DNA of 10,350 nt from a virus (lineage: Duplodnaviria > Heunggongvirae > Uroviricota > Caudoviricetes): IMG/VR virus record IMGVR_UViG_2617270945_000014. The stretch is one strand, 5' to 3'. Positions 1-7,854 of this stretch are shown here, one piece after another. How positions within the stretch are numbered: the stretch's first letter is position 1; each line of letters begins with the position of its first letter. The position numbers and the translations under genes are program-made. Below the pieces are notes generated by a model. That model ran no database searches. It saw only the letters and a list, made by a program, of their open reading frames with translations, and was not told the DNA's origin.

Positions 1-22
1 GTAAGCGTAAAGCCAATGCCGT
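1..22. repeat. IS66 left terminal inverted repeat (extent approximate)
   Basis: gtaagcgtaaagccaatgccgt; the first 8 nt are a perfect match to the reverse complement of the right end, with partial matching beyond. Confidence 0.6.
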
Positions 23-82
23 CTGTAACACCTGCTCCTTGCAGACTAAATTAGAGCTCCTTCTAAATTAGACGGAGTTCTA

Positions 83-520
83 TTGATGGATAAACCTACA
101 GACTGGCGCTCCGGAACCCGCCGGATATTTTCTAATGAATTTAAACTTCATATGGTTGAACTGGCTTCGAAACCAAATGCCAATGTTGCACAACTGGCCC
201 GGGAACATGGCGTTGATAACAACCTGATTTTTAAATGGCTACGCCTCTGGCAAAGAGAAGGACGTATTTCTCGTAGAATGCCTCCAACTATTGTAGGCCC
301 TACAGTATCACAATCTTTTCCGGCCTCTCCGACTCTGGTTCCAGTGGAACTTATCGACACCCCGCGCTGTGCTACAGATGCTCCTGCTCCGGGGGCATTA
401 TCAGTTGCTTGTGCAGCTTCCTGCCATGTGGAATTCCATTACGGTAAAATGATGCTGGAAAATCCTTCACCAGAGCTGCTCACGGTGTTGATCCGTGAGC
501 TGACCGGGAGGGGACGATGA
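83..520 (+). CDS. tnpA: IS66-family accessory protein TnpA (orf1)
   Basis: 145-aa ORF, first gene inside the IS; its stop overlaps the start of the next ORF (ATGA at 517-520), as is usual for IS66 orfA/orfB. Confidence 0.8.
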   Translation: MMDKPTDWRSGTRRIFSNEFKLHMVELASKPNANVAQLAREHGVDNNLIFKWLRLWQREGRISRRMPPTIVGPTVSQSFPASPTLVPVELIDTPRCATDAPAPGALSVACAASCHVEFHYGKMMLENPSPELLTVLIRELTGRGR

Positions 521-867
521 TTTCACTCCCATCAGGTACCCGTATCTGGCTCGTTGCCGGCGTTACTGATATGCGTAAATCCTTCAACGGTCTGGGGGAG
601 CAGATACAGCATGTGCTGGATGATAACCCCTTCTCCGGTCACCTGTTTATCTTCCGTGGCCGACGGGGAGACACGATTAAAATCCTGTGGGCTGATGCTG
701 ATGGTCTGTGCCTGTTCACCAAACGCCTTGAGGAAGGTCAGTTTATCTGGCCTGCGGTGCGTGACGGTAAGATATCCATTACCCGCTCGCAACTGGCAAT
801 GCTCCTCGATAAGCTGGACTGGCGTCAGCCAAAAACATCCCGCCTTAACGCACTGACAATGTTGTAA
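517..867 (+). CDS. tnpB: IS66-family accessory protein TnpB (orf2)
   Basis: 116-aa ORF with the characteristic IS66 Orf2 sequence (…IWLVAGVTDMRKSFNGL…FIFRGRRGD…KILWAD…), translationally coupled to orfA. Confidence 0.85.
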   Translation: MISLPSGTRIWLVAGVTDMRKSFNGLGEQIQHVLDDNPFSGHLFIFRGRRGDTIKILWADADGLCLFTKRLEEGQFIWPAVRDGKISITRSQLAMLLDKLDWRQPKTSRLNALTML

Positions 868-897
868 AAAACGCCGGGCCGGATTATAAAAACGGCC

Positions 898-2511
898 ATG
901 AGTCAGAAATACCTCATTCGCATCGCTGAGCTGGAAAGGCTGCTCTCTGAGCAGGCTGAAGCCCTCCGTCAGAAAGACCAGCAACTGAGTCTGGTTGAAG
1001 AGACGGAGGCCTTCCTGCGCTCTGCACTGGCACGTGCCGAAGAAAAGATCGAAGAAGATGAGCGAGAAATAGAGCATCTGCGGGCTCAGATAGAAAAACT
1101 GCGCCGGATGCTGTTCGGAACCCGTTCTGAAAAACTGCGTCGTGAGGTTGAACAGGCTGAAGCCCTGCTGAAACAACGCGAGCAGGAAAGCGATCGTTAC
1201 AGTGGGCGTGAGGATGACCCGCTGGTTCCCCGCCAGTTGCGACAGTCGCGCCATCGTCGTCCGTTACCGGCACATCTCCCCCGTGAAATATACCGCCTGG
1301 AGCCTGAAGAAAGCTGTTGCCCGGAGTGTGGCGGTGAGCTGGATTATCTGGGGGAAGTCAGCGCAGAACAACTGGAACTGGTGAGCAGCGCCCTGAAAGT
1401 GATCCGCACAGAACGGGTAAAAAAAGCCTGTACAAAATGTGACTGCATCGTTGAAGCACCGGCGCCGTCCCGCCCGATAGAGCGTGGTATCGCGGGCCCC
1501 GGATTACTTGCCCGCGTGTTAACGGGAAAATACTGCGAACACCTGCCACTGTATCGTCAGAGTGAAATCTTTGCCCGACAGGGTGTCGAACTGAGCCGTG
1601 CATTACTCTCCAACTGGGTTGACGCGTGCTGCCAGTTAATGACGCCGCTGAATGATGCCCTGTACCGTTATGTGATGAATACCCGCAAGCTTCACACTGA
1701 CGACACACCGGTAAAGGTACTGGCACCGGGCCTGAAAAAGACGAAAACAGGGCGCATCTGGACGTATGTCCGGGATGATCGCAATGCGGGTTCGTCATCT
1801 CCTCCGGCGGTCTGGTTCGCGTACTCATCGAACCGGCAGGGGAAACACCCGGAGCAACACCTCCGCCCCTTCCGGGGTATCCTGCAGGCGGATGCGTTCA
1901 CAGGTTATGACAGGCTGTTCAGTGCAGAACGTGAAGGTAGTGCGCTGACAGAAGTTGCGTGCTGGGCTCATGCCCGGAGAAAAATCCACGATGTATACAT
2001 CAGCAGCAAAAGTGCGACGGCAGAAGAAGCCCTGAAGCGAATCAGTGAACTGTACGCCATCGAGGATGAAATACGGGGATTACCAGAGTCAGAGCGTCTT
2101 GCAGCCAGGCAGCAGCGAAGCAAAGCGTTACTGACGTCGCTGCATGAATGGATGGTGGAGAAGAATGGCACGCTGTCGAAAAAATCCAGACTGGGCGAAG
2201 CGTTCAGCTATGTACTGAATCAGTGGGACGCCCTCTGTTATTACAGTGATGACGGTCTGGCGGAGGTGGACAATAACACAGCGGAAAGAGCGCTTCGTGC
2301 AGTCTGTCTCGGAAAGAAAAATTACGTGTTCTTCGGTAGCGATCACGGCGGCGAGCGTGGAGCACTGCTGTACGGGCTGATCGGCACCTGCCGTCTGAAC
2401 GGTATCGATCCGGAAGCGTATCTGCGCCATATTCTGAGCGTACTGCCGGAATGGCCCTCCAACCGTGTTGACGAACTCCTGCCATGGAACGTAGTACTCA
2501 CCAATAAATAA
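898..2511 (+). CDS. tnpC: IS66-family transposase (orf3/TnpC)
   Basis: 537-aa ORF with an N-terminal coiled-coil/leucine-zipper-like region, a CxxC…CxxC zinc-finger-like motif (CPECGG…CTKCDC) and a DDE-type core, which is the IS66 transposase architecture. The stop lies 30 bp before the right IR end. Confidence 0.9.
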   Translation: MSQKYLIRIAELERLLSEQAEALRQKDQQLSLVEETEAFLRSALARAEEKIEEDEREIEHLRAQIEKLRRMLFGTRSEKLRREVEQAEALLKQREQESDRYSGREDDPLVPRQLRQSRHRRPLPAHLPREIYRLEPEESCCPECGGELDYLGEVSAEQLELVSSALKVIRTERVKKACTKCDCIVEAPAPSRPIERGIAGPGLLARVLTGKYCEHLPLYRQSEIFARQGVELSRALLSNWVDACCQLMTPLNDALYRYVMNTRKLHTDDTPVKVLAPGLKKTKTGRIWTYVRDDRNAGSSSPPAVWFAYSSNRQGKHPEQHLRPFRGILQADAFTGYDRLFSAEREGSALTEVACWAHARRKIHDVYISSKSATAEEALKRISELYAIEDEIRGLPESERLAARQQRSKALLTSLHEWMVEKNGTLSKKSRLGEAFSYVLNQWDALCYYSDDGLAEVDNNTAERALRAVCLGKKNYVFFGSDHGGERGALLYGLIGTCRLNGIDPEAYLRHILSVLPEWPSNRVDELLPWNVVLTNK

Positions 2512-2519
2512 GCGTCAAT

Positions 2520-2541
2520 ACGGTGCTCCGTTGACGCTTAC
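2520..2541. repeat. IS66 right terminal inverted repeat (extent approximate)
   Basis: Reverse complement of 2511-2541 is gtaagcgtcaacggagcaccgtattgacgct, which matches the left end GTAAGCGT and is imperfect thereafter. Confidence 0.6.
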
Positions 2542-2763
2542 AGAGTAAGGAAGCCTGACGGAGATTATCCAGTGACGATAATCGAGGCTGAGGGCTTTCT
2601 TAATCTCGTATCCGCGTCTGCGGTAGTTATGAATTAGCCATTCGGCCTGTTCTTCAGTACATGGTGGGTGTTGGTACCAGTCGGTTTTAAATGCGTGTGA
2701 ACGCCGCCCATGCCGGATGGCAAGGTCGGTATCAGAATTGTGAAATTTGGTTTTGTGCGCCAT
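2542..2763 (-). pseudogene. Prophage gene of unknown function, C-terminally disrupted by the IS66 insertion (possibly rem-like, by position next to hokD)
   Basis: Minus-strand ORF 2515-2763 runs from native DNA into the IS. The last 8 codons (VSVNGAPY) and the stop are encoded by the IS right inverted repeat (2515-2541), so the native C-terminus is lost. The rem-like guess comes only from synteny with K-12 Qin. Confidence 0.55.
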
Positions 2764-2834
2764 CTGTTTTCTCTGCTGGCGCAGCAGGTGTCAGGTGTTC
2801 AGGCTGACGTGCGAATTGTAAACCAGAATGCCAG

Positions 2835-2862
2835 AAAAAAACAAAACCCGCCGAAGCGGGTT
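2835..2862 (-). terminator. Rho-independent terminator for minus-strand transcription, downstream of hok
   Basis: GC stem AACCCGC / GCGGGTT with a CGAA loop (2845-2862), followed on the minus strand by a U-rich tract (the A-run at 2835-2846 on the + strand). It lies 68 nt past the hok stop. Confidence 0.75.
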
Positions 2863-2930
2863 AAGTGCGGGTGCGTTGAGGATGCCTGACACATCAGAGG
2901 TGGCGAGGGATTTCTCCCCCGCCAGGTCTC

Positions 2931-3086
2931 TTACTCCTCAGGTTCGTAAGCTGTGAAGACAGCGACCTCCGTCTGGCCGGTTCGGAGTCGTACCTCGCAG
3001 AGGTCTTTCCTCGTTACCAGTGCCGTCACTATGACGGTTAAACAGATGACGATCAGGGCGATTAACATCGCCTTTTGCTGCTTCAT
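2931..3086 (-). CDS. hokD: Hok/Gef-family type I toxin (small membrane-depolarising peptide), HokD/RelF-like
   Basis: 51-aa product MKQQKAMLIALIVICLTVIVTALVTRKDLCEVRLRTGQTEVAVFTAYEPEE, recognised from memory as near-identical to E. coli HokD/RelF and close to Gef/HokC. It has one transmembrane helix and the conserved Cys. Start taken at the internal ATG (3084-3086) rather than the 70-aa in-frame extension. Confidence 0.9.
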   Translation of the reverse strand: MKQQKAMLIALIVICLTVIVTALVTRKDLCEVRLRTGQTEVAVFTAYEPEE

Positions 3087-3323
3087 AGCCTGCTTCCCCT
3101 TGCCTTTCGGCACGTAAGAGGCTAACCTACATTTGTGAGACATAGATTGGGCCTCAGATTAATGTTAAGCGTCTTGCAGGACGCGAAATGTTAACTGGGG
3201 CTTTTCTCTATCTGCCTTTCAGTGTTCATGCCTGAGACAGATAGCCTCAAGCACCCGCAGCCATTCTACTTAACTCACGTCACCTCGCCAATATGAAATC
3301 AATCAGAAAGGTGATCCATAAAA

Positions 3324-4010
3324 TCACTCCTTCTCTTCTTTTCCGTAGTGGAGTTGGCCAATTTTGATAAGAGGGCGTCCCTGAGATTTGCGGTGTAGAT
3401 TGGTATCGCGCAGAGAATACACACAGCCACAATATTCCTGCTGATAGAATTTTTCGCGCTTGCTGATTTCAATCATACGGGACGAGCCGCCCTGCTTGCG
3501 CCAGTTATAATCCCAGTACACCATACCCGGATAATGCGCAACAGCTCGCCGCCCACACTCGTTAACCTGCTGCATATTTTTCCAGCGTGAAATGCCCAGT
3601 GAACTGCTGATCACACTGAAACCATTTTCAGCAGCGTACAACGCTGTCCGCTCAAAACGCATGTCAAAACACATGGTACAACGGATCCCCCTCTCAGGCT
3701 CCCATTCCATTCCTTTGGCACGTTCAAACCAGTTGTCGGTGTCGTAATCAGCATCGATAAACGGCACGCCGTGTTGTTCAGCAAAGCGAATATTTTCATC
3801 CTTACGAATTAAATACTCTTTCTGAGGATGAATGTTCGGGTTGTAGAAAAAGATGGTGTAGTCGATTCCCGAGGCCTGAAGCGCCTCCATCACTTCACCG
3901 GAACATGGAGCACAGCAAGAGTGCAGTAGTAGTTTGTTTGCCCCGTTTGGGAGCTCCAATTTAGGCCGTTTGAAATCAGCAATAGTCATAAATATTTTTA
4001 TTGGGGTCAT
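3324..4010 (-). CDS. queH: QueH-like epoxyqueuosine reductase homologue (DUF208 family); start codon uncertain (3989 or 4010)
   Basis: 228-aa ORF with motifs recalled for the QueH/DUF208 family: N-terminal [27 protein letters not shown] and C-terminal [11 protein letters not shown] (Cys-rich Fe-S ligand pattern). Neither candidate ATG has a clear Shine-Dalgarno sequence. Confidence 0.65.
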   Translation of the reverse strand: MTPIKIFMTIADFKRPKLELPNGANKLLLHSCCAPCSGEVMEALQASGIDYTIFFYNPNIHPQKEYLIRKDENIRFAEQHGVPFIDADYDTDNWFERAKGMEWEPERGIRCTMCFDMRFERTALYAAENGFSVISSSLGISRWKNMQQVNECGRRAVAHYPGMVYWDYNWRKQGGSSRMIEISKREKFYQQEYCGCVYSLRDTNLHRKSQGRPLIKIGQLHYGKEEKE

Positions 4011-4163
4011 GAAAATAGCACAGAGTGTAGCATCAGAGCAGGTCTATCGGGAATATATGTCTAAATCTGGTAATATCTGGTTTTGACGCAAAGCGGACAA
4101 CCACGCTGGCTCTACCCTGCGCCATGAAAATGTCAATTCACATCTGAACTAATGCTCTTTAAT

Positions 4164-4589
4164 CTAGTAACGTCTAAAATACCTAACATTTCCTTGATAA
4201 AATGCCAGTACACGCTGCATAGCTTCGCTCTTCCGGCACTCGCGACAGATTATATTCAGGCGCCTGTCGTAGCGGCGTATTTCGCCGTCTGGTAACGACC
4301 AGATAAGGTCCGGATCAACCACTGCAGGTTTCTTCACCTTTGCCCTTGAGAGTTTTTTGCGAGCATTTTGCCAGTCCTTACGCGCCTGTTCAGACGGGAA
4401 TAACCCGTAACCAGAGTTGTATACATCGCCACTGGCAACCAGCTCTCTGGCGAGAACACTCATCAGATATCTTGTCGCACCTGTCCTGGCTTCCAGTTGC
4501 CGCAACGTCTCGCGACCGCTCAGACGTACAAGTTCAACAACCTGCCCTTTAATTTTTTCCCGCTCTTCTTGTGTAAATACTTTTGCCAT
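4164..4589 (-). CDS. Ren-like protein (lambda ren family) with an extended N-terminal region
   Basis: C-terminus NIICRECRKSEAMQRVLAFYQGNVRYF resembles the lambda Ren C-terminus (…FKECRQSAAMKRVLAVYG…) as recalled. It sits after the replication genes, as ren does in lambda. Start at ATG 4589, preceded by GGAGG; the ORF track's start at 4604 is a TTG. Confidence 0.6.
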   Translation of the reverse strand: MAKVFTQEEREKIKGQVVELVRLSGRETLRQLEARTGATRYLMSVLARELVASGDVYNSGYGLFPSEQARKDWQNARKKLSRAKVKKPAVVDPDLIWSLPDGEIRRYDRRLNIICRECRKSEAMQRVLAFYQGNVRYFRRY

Positions 4590-4604
4590 AAGCGCCTCCG
4601 GCAA

Positions 4605-5375
4605 TCACTTTTCCGATACAACACGGCGGGAAGAATCAGTAATCTGTCGAACAATATCCCGGTGCTTGTTCAGCTCCCGCAGCGCGGCGCAGACTCGCTC
4701 CCACTTCTGAACATCACTTTTCGCCCTGCGCAGCGCCAGGTTTGCCCTGCGAAGGGACGGAAAAATCAGCTCATCTGCTTGCGTTTCGGTAAACGATGGC
4801 AACGGCTGCACAATGTCCGCCACAGTTTCTGTTTTAATTTCTTCCTGTGTTGCGGCTTCCCGGACTGGTAACGCAGCACCTGCTGGCTGAGGAAAGGCCT
4901 TACCATCACTTTCCGTTACCAGCGCGGCTTTCGGCTCTGCTGGTAAATTATCGCCCGGCATGCAGTAACGAAATTTACCGTTCTGATTAACGCGTGCCAG
5001 CCGCCCCGTTGCGGTTACCACCGCCAGCGTGGAAGCAACCTTGCGAGTACTGACACTGAACTTACCCGCCAGTTCCTCACACGTTTTAGCCCCATCCTGA
5101 CCGATAAACTCAATCATCATGTCTGCGGTAACTTTTTGTTCGACCTCCCCGGTCAGCATATCCTGTGCTTCAGATTTTACTGGCCGCTCTTCGGTTACCC
5201 GGGATTCACCTTCGCCAGCCAGAAACCAGGTGTGACCAGTTTTATCAACGACGCCTTTTCTTTTGAGTTCCCACAGCTCGTTGACAGCCTCTTCACGACT
5301 GATTCCAAGGCGAGCTGCCACCACATGTGAAGAGGCTTTTTTCAGTGCTTTCAGTGCGTCAGATACGGTTTCCAT
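4605..5375 (-). CDS. Hypothetical prophage protein with two winged-helix-like segments (possibly DUF1627-type)
   Basis: 256-aa ORF with a GGAGGA Shine-Dalgarno sequence 8 nt upstream. Its stop abuts the start of the Ren-like gene, suggesting an operon. Function is unknown; the DUF1627 label is a weak recollection. Confidence 0.6.
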   Translation of the reverse strand: METVSDALKALKKASSHVVAARLGISREEAVNELWELKRKGVVDKTGHTWFLAGEGESRVTEERPVKSEAQDMLTGEVEQKVTADMMIEFIGQDGAKTCEELAGKFSVSTRKVASTLAVVTATGRLARVNQNGKFRYCMPGDNLPAEPKAALVTESDGKAFPQPAGAALPVREAATQEEIKTETVADIVQPLPSFTETQADELIFPSLRRANLALRRAKSDVQKWERVCAALRELNKHRDIVRQITDSSRRVVSEK

Positions 5376-5396
5376 TAAAATTTCCTCCGGACAAAA

Positions 5397-6143
5397 TTAC
5401 TTCACAACCCTCATATTGCTGACATTTGGACGCCAGCTATCCCAGTTAAACGTCACCCATCGACCACCGTTCATGGTCATGCGGTCCATAATCCTCTCAC
5501 CAAGAAGCGTACTCATTGCGGCATGATTCAGGTTTGTTAACATCCCGACACTGCACAGTGATGCTGTCCGGCGATCAATTATCTGGTGCAATACCACCTG
5601 CTCGTTTTTCGTCTCCCGCTGAACGCCTATTTCATCCAGGACCAGCAAATCAACCCCGCAAAGCTCCTGTAAAAATTTTTCCCCGGATTTGCCGTTGTCG
5701 TAGCTGTCATGCAACACGCTCATGACGTCAGACACGGTGACGATAATCACGCTGCGCCCCTTCACCATCAGCCGGTTGCCCATCGCCGCTGCAAGGTGAT
5801 TTTTCCCGGTGCCGGTTTTACCGCTGAACACAAAATTCGTGCACCCGGTCATCAGTTCGTCAGCTATGGATTTGGCCTGGCTCAGCGCGTATTTTTGCCC
5901 GTCGTTCTGCACCTGATAATTTGCAAACGAGCATTTGCTGTGCAGAGGCTGGATGCCCGAACGATTCAGGATTTTTTCCACCCGCAACTGGCGATTCTGG
6001 CGGTTAATCTCCTCGCTGCGTTTTCGTCCTTCAGCAAGTTGCCATTCCCGCCACTCCTCCACCGTCCGGTACGGTGGAACCGACCCCTGTGGTGCAAGTC
6101 TGCGAATACGTTCAAGAACCCCAACTGCCGCAATGTTTTTCAT
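5397..6143 (-). CDS. DnaC/IstB-like AAA+ replication helicase-loader (Rac YdaV-like, lambda P functional analogue)
   Basis: 248-aa ORF with Walker A (GKTGTGKNHLAAA) and Walker B (DLLVLDEIG) motifs, located immediately downstream of the O-like initiator gene. Confidence 0.85.
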   Translation of the reverse strand: MKNIAAVGVLERIRRLAPQGSVPPYRTVEEWREWQLAEGRKRSEEINRQNRQLRVEKILNRSGIQPLHSKCSFANYQVQNDGQKYALSQAKSIADELMTGCTNFVFSGKTGTGKNHLAAAMGNRLMVKGRSVIIVTVSDVMSVLHDSYDNGKSGEKFLQELCGVDLLVLDEIGVQRETKNEQVVLHQIIDRRTASLCSVGMLTNLNHAAMSTLLGERIMDRMTMNGGRWVTFNWDSWRPNVSNMRVVK

Positions 6144-6149
6144 GACACG

Positions 6150-7112
6150 TCACCCCCTGAATCCCGGCGGTATTTCAGTGTCCGGTTCAGAAATGTGATT
6201 CACGCAACGCTGCGCAGGCGAACGCCCCAGGCGGATAACCAGTTCATCCCATTTTTCCCGGAGTTTTGCCGGACTCATGATGTTTTTTACCCAGAACGAA
6301 TCCCGCTGGAGACGCCCAAACATTTCACAAATTTGTCTGTGAGTTCTGCCATCCAGCATCCGCATTGTGCGAACGTCATTGGCCCATGCTGTCCAGTTGG
6401 GTTCTTTCGGTCTAGTGATCTCGCCATCATAGCTGGCCGCCTGCTCGTAAAGACTCACGATTCGTCCCCAGATCCACTGTGCGCACACCAAATCTTCCTG
6501 ACTTCCCCACTGGCGTTTTTTCGCACTGAACACAACCGCGTCAGGGTGTCGGGTTAAAAAATCCTGTTCAGCCGTCTGCGGGTCCGGTTGCGAAGCGTCC
6601 GGACAAGAAGATCTTTTATCTGACGGATCAGGTTTTAATACTGACGGATCGGGGTCAATCATCGCCCCCCTAATCGGCAGTTTTTTATCAACAGTTGATC
6701 CATCAAAATTTGACGGGTCAACCGTTGAGGGGGCAATATTTGACGGGTCAACTGTTAACGGGTCATTTTTTGCCGGGCTAATTTTTCTTTTCGGTTTATA
6801 TGACTCACGCGCCGCCGCCGCAGCTGCTTCGAGTTTTTCCACATTAAGCCGATAGATATTGCTTACATTACGCCCACCGACCTTACGCTCTTCCTTCGTC
6901 AGCCAGCCCTCTTTCGCCAGTTCTGCAATAGCCGATTTCACTGTGGATTCACTTCTTGCACCGATCTGACGCCGGATAGTTTCAATGGCAGGCCATGACA
7001 CGCCCTCGTCATTGCTGTAGTCTGCAAGACGGGCCATAACCGCCACCCTGGATAAGATCATGCCGGTGAAGGCGCACCCTTCCCAGACAAGACCATGAAG
7101 CTTGCTGCTCAT
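6150..7112 (-). CDS. Replication initiator, lambda O-like (Rac YdaU-like); N-terminal HTH domain and internal repeat region
   Basis: About 320 aa from the first ATG at 7112 (the ORF track's longer start at 7127 is a GTG). The N-terminus has a winged-helix-like segment (WPAIETIRRQIGARSESTVKSAIAELAKEGWL). The middle contains peptide repeats (TVDPSN…TVDPSN…TVD) encoded by the DNA iterons. Confidence 0.8.
   Translation of the reverse strand: MSSKLHGLVWEGCAFTGMILSRVAVMARLADYSNDEGVSWPAIETIRRQIGARSESTVKSAIAELAKEGWLTKEERKVGGRNVSNIYRLNVEKLEAAAAAARESYKPKRKISPAKNDPLTVDPSNIAPSTVDPSNFDGSTVDKKLPIRGAMIDPDPSVLKPDPSDKRSSCPDASQPDPQTAEQDFLTRHPDAVVFSAKKRQWGSQEDLVCAQWIWGRIVSLYEQAASYDGEITRPKEPNWTAWANDVRTMRMLDGRTHRQICEMFGRLQRDSFWVKNIMSPAKLREKWDELVIRLGRSPAQRCVNHISEPDTEIPPGFRG
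6684..6790. repeat. Putative replication origin: ~30-bp-period iterons inside the O-like gene, followed by an AT-rich tract
   Basis: Palindromic cores TCAACAGTTGA (6688-6698), TCAACCGTTGA (6718-6728) and TCAACTGTTAA (6748-6758) are spaced exactly 30 bp apart. TTGACGGGTCA occurs at 6710-6720 and 6740-6750. An AT-rich stretch follows at about 6776-6800. This matches the ori-lambda arrangement of iterons within the O gene. Confidence 0.7.
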
Positions 7113-7134
7113 AAAACCCCCGAACACCGTGCTT

Positions 7135-7560
7135 TTAGTGCATCACCACAGCATTCCCTGCCGGGCCGCCGCGATTCATCTGGTCATACAAAACAACCGC
7201 TGACGCAACAAAATCATCGACATCCTTCCCCAGCCGATCCCTCCGTTCGACGATCTCACGGTAATATTCAGAACTGTGGCTGCGCATACGGGCCACCAGC
7301 AAAGGCGGCATCGCCTTTTCGATCGCCGGTAACAGAGCCTGCATTTTTTCAACAGCATCAGGGGTGTCTTTCTCTACCCAGCGGAAAATTTTCTGGGTAT
7401 TGCGAGCCAGGGCTTCCGGATGGCTGTCGTCATACAGTTCCGGGAACGTCATACCCAACTCAAAATAAGCCTGGGTTATTCCAGCTGCTGGAACTTTTTC
7501 GCCATCAGGACGCGCCCAGGCATTCATCGCCATGCGGATGTGTTCATGCTTGATTTTCAT
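7135..7560 (-). CDS. YdaT-like protein (Rac prophage YdaT family; in the cII position)
   Basis: 141-aa ORF with AGGAG 9 nt upstream of ATG 7560, overlapping the end of the YdaS-like gene by 17 nt. Size and position match Rac ydaT. Sequence identity is recalled, not searched. Confidence 0.65.
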   Translation of the reverse strand: MKIKHEHIRMAMNAWARPDGEKVPAAGITQAYFELGMTFPELYDDSHPEALARNTQKIFRWVEKDTPDAVEKMQALLPAIEKAMPPLLVARMRSHSSEYYREIVERRDRLGKDVDDFVASAVVLYDQMNRGGPAGNAVVMH

Positions 7561-7825
7561 GAATCAAGCTCCTAGAAAGTGGTTGTGTTAACGTTTTGGT
7601 ATCTTCCAGCTCGGGCCAAATATTCATCCAATCAAAAGGCCTTAGTTGCTGACGTGTAACTTCACCATTACTGGCTCGCTCAATAAGGACACATAACGAT
7701 GCCCCTAACACTTGACCTTTACTCAATGCCTTTCTTAGATAACCGATGCTGGTACCACACTCGCATGCAAACATACGCTGTTCATCTGACGAAAGAGAAT
7801 TGAGAAATATTCTTAATTCTTCCAT
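7544..7825 (-). CDS. Cro-like HTH regulator (YdaS/DicC-position), first gene of the early-right operon
   Basis: 93-aa ORF with AAGGAG 7 nt upstream of ATG 7825. It is divergent from the repressor gene and contains an HTH-like segment (CGTSIGYLRKALSKGQ). Confidence 0.7.
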   Translation of the reverse strand: MEELRIFLNSLSSDEQRMFACECGTSIGYLRKALSKGQVLGASLCVLIERASNGEVTRQQLRPFDWMNIWPELEDTKTLTQPLSRSLIHENQA

Positions 7826-7854
7826 AGCTACTCCTTAGTAAACACAGCAAAGAA

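Larger units (their letters stand above)
1..2541 (+). mobile_element. IS66-family insertion sequence, apparently complete, carrying three ORFs (orfA/orfB/transposase)
   Basis: Begins with GTAAGCG at position 1 and ends with CGCTTAC at 2535-2541, forming imperfect terminal inverted repeats. Three co-directional ORFs of typical IS66 sizes (145, 116, 537 aa), with an ATGA overlap between the first two. The left flank is outside the window, so the target-site duplication cannot be checked. Confidence 0.85.

Noticed and set aside
532-1254. 240-aa minus-strand ORF inside the IS66 element
   Set aside because: Entirely antisense to IS66 orfB and the transposase. Low-complexity composition, no ribosome-binding site, and IS66 elements are not known to carry such a gene. 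Treated as a chance ORF.
3087-3143. In-frame 19-codon extension upstream of hok (70-aa ORF)
   Set aside because: Hok-family toxins are about 50 aa and the internal Met gives a full-length Hok. The extension may overlap mok-like regulatory sequence but is unlikely to be part of the toxin.
5709-6557. 282-aa + strand ORF
   Set aside because: Antisense to the well-supported DnaC-like and O-like genes. Arg/His/Pro-rich translation typical of an antisense frame in GC-rich coding DNA.
7095-7553. 152-aa + strand ORF
   Set aside because: Antisense to the YdaT-like gene, Pro/Ser/His-rich; chance ORF.
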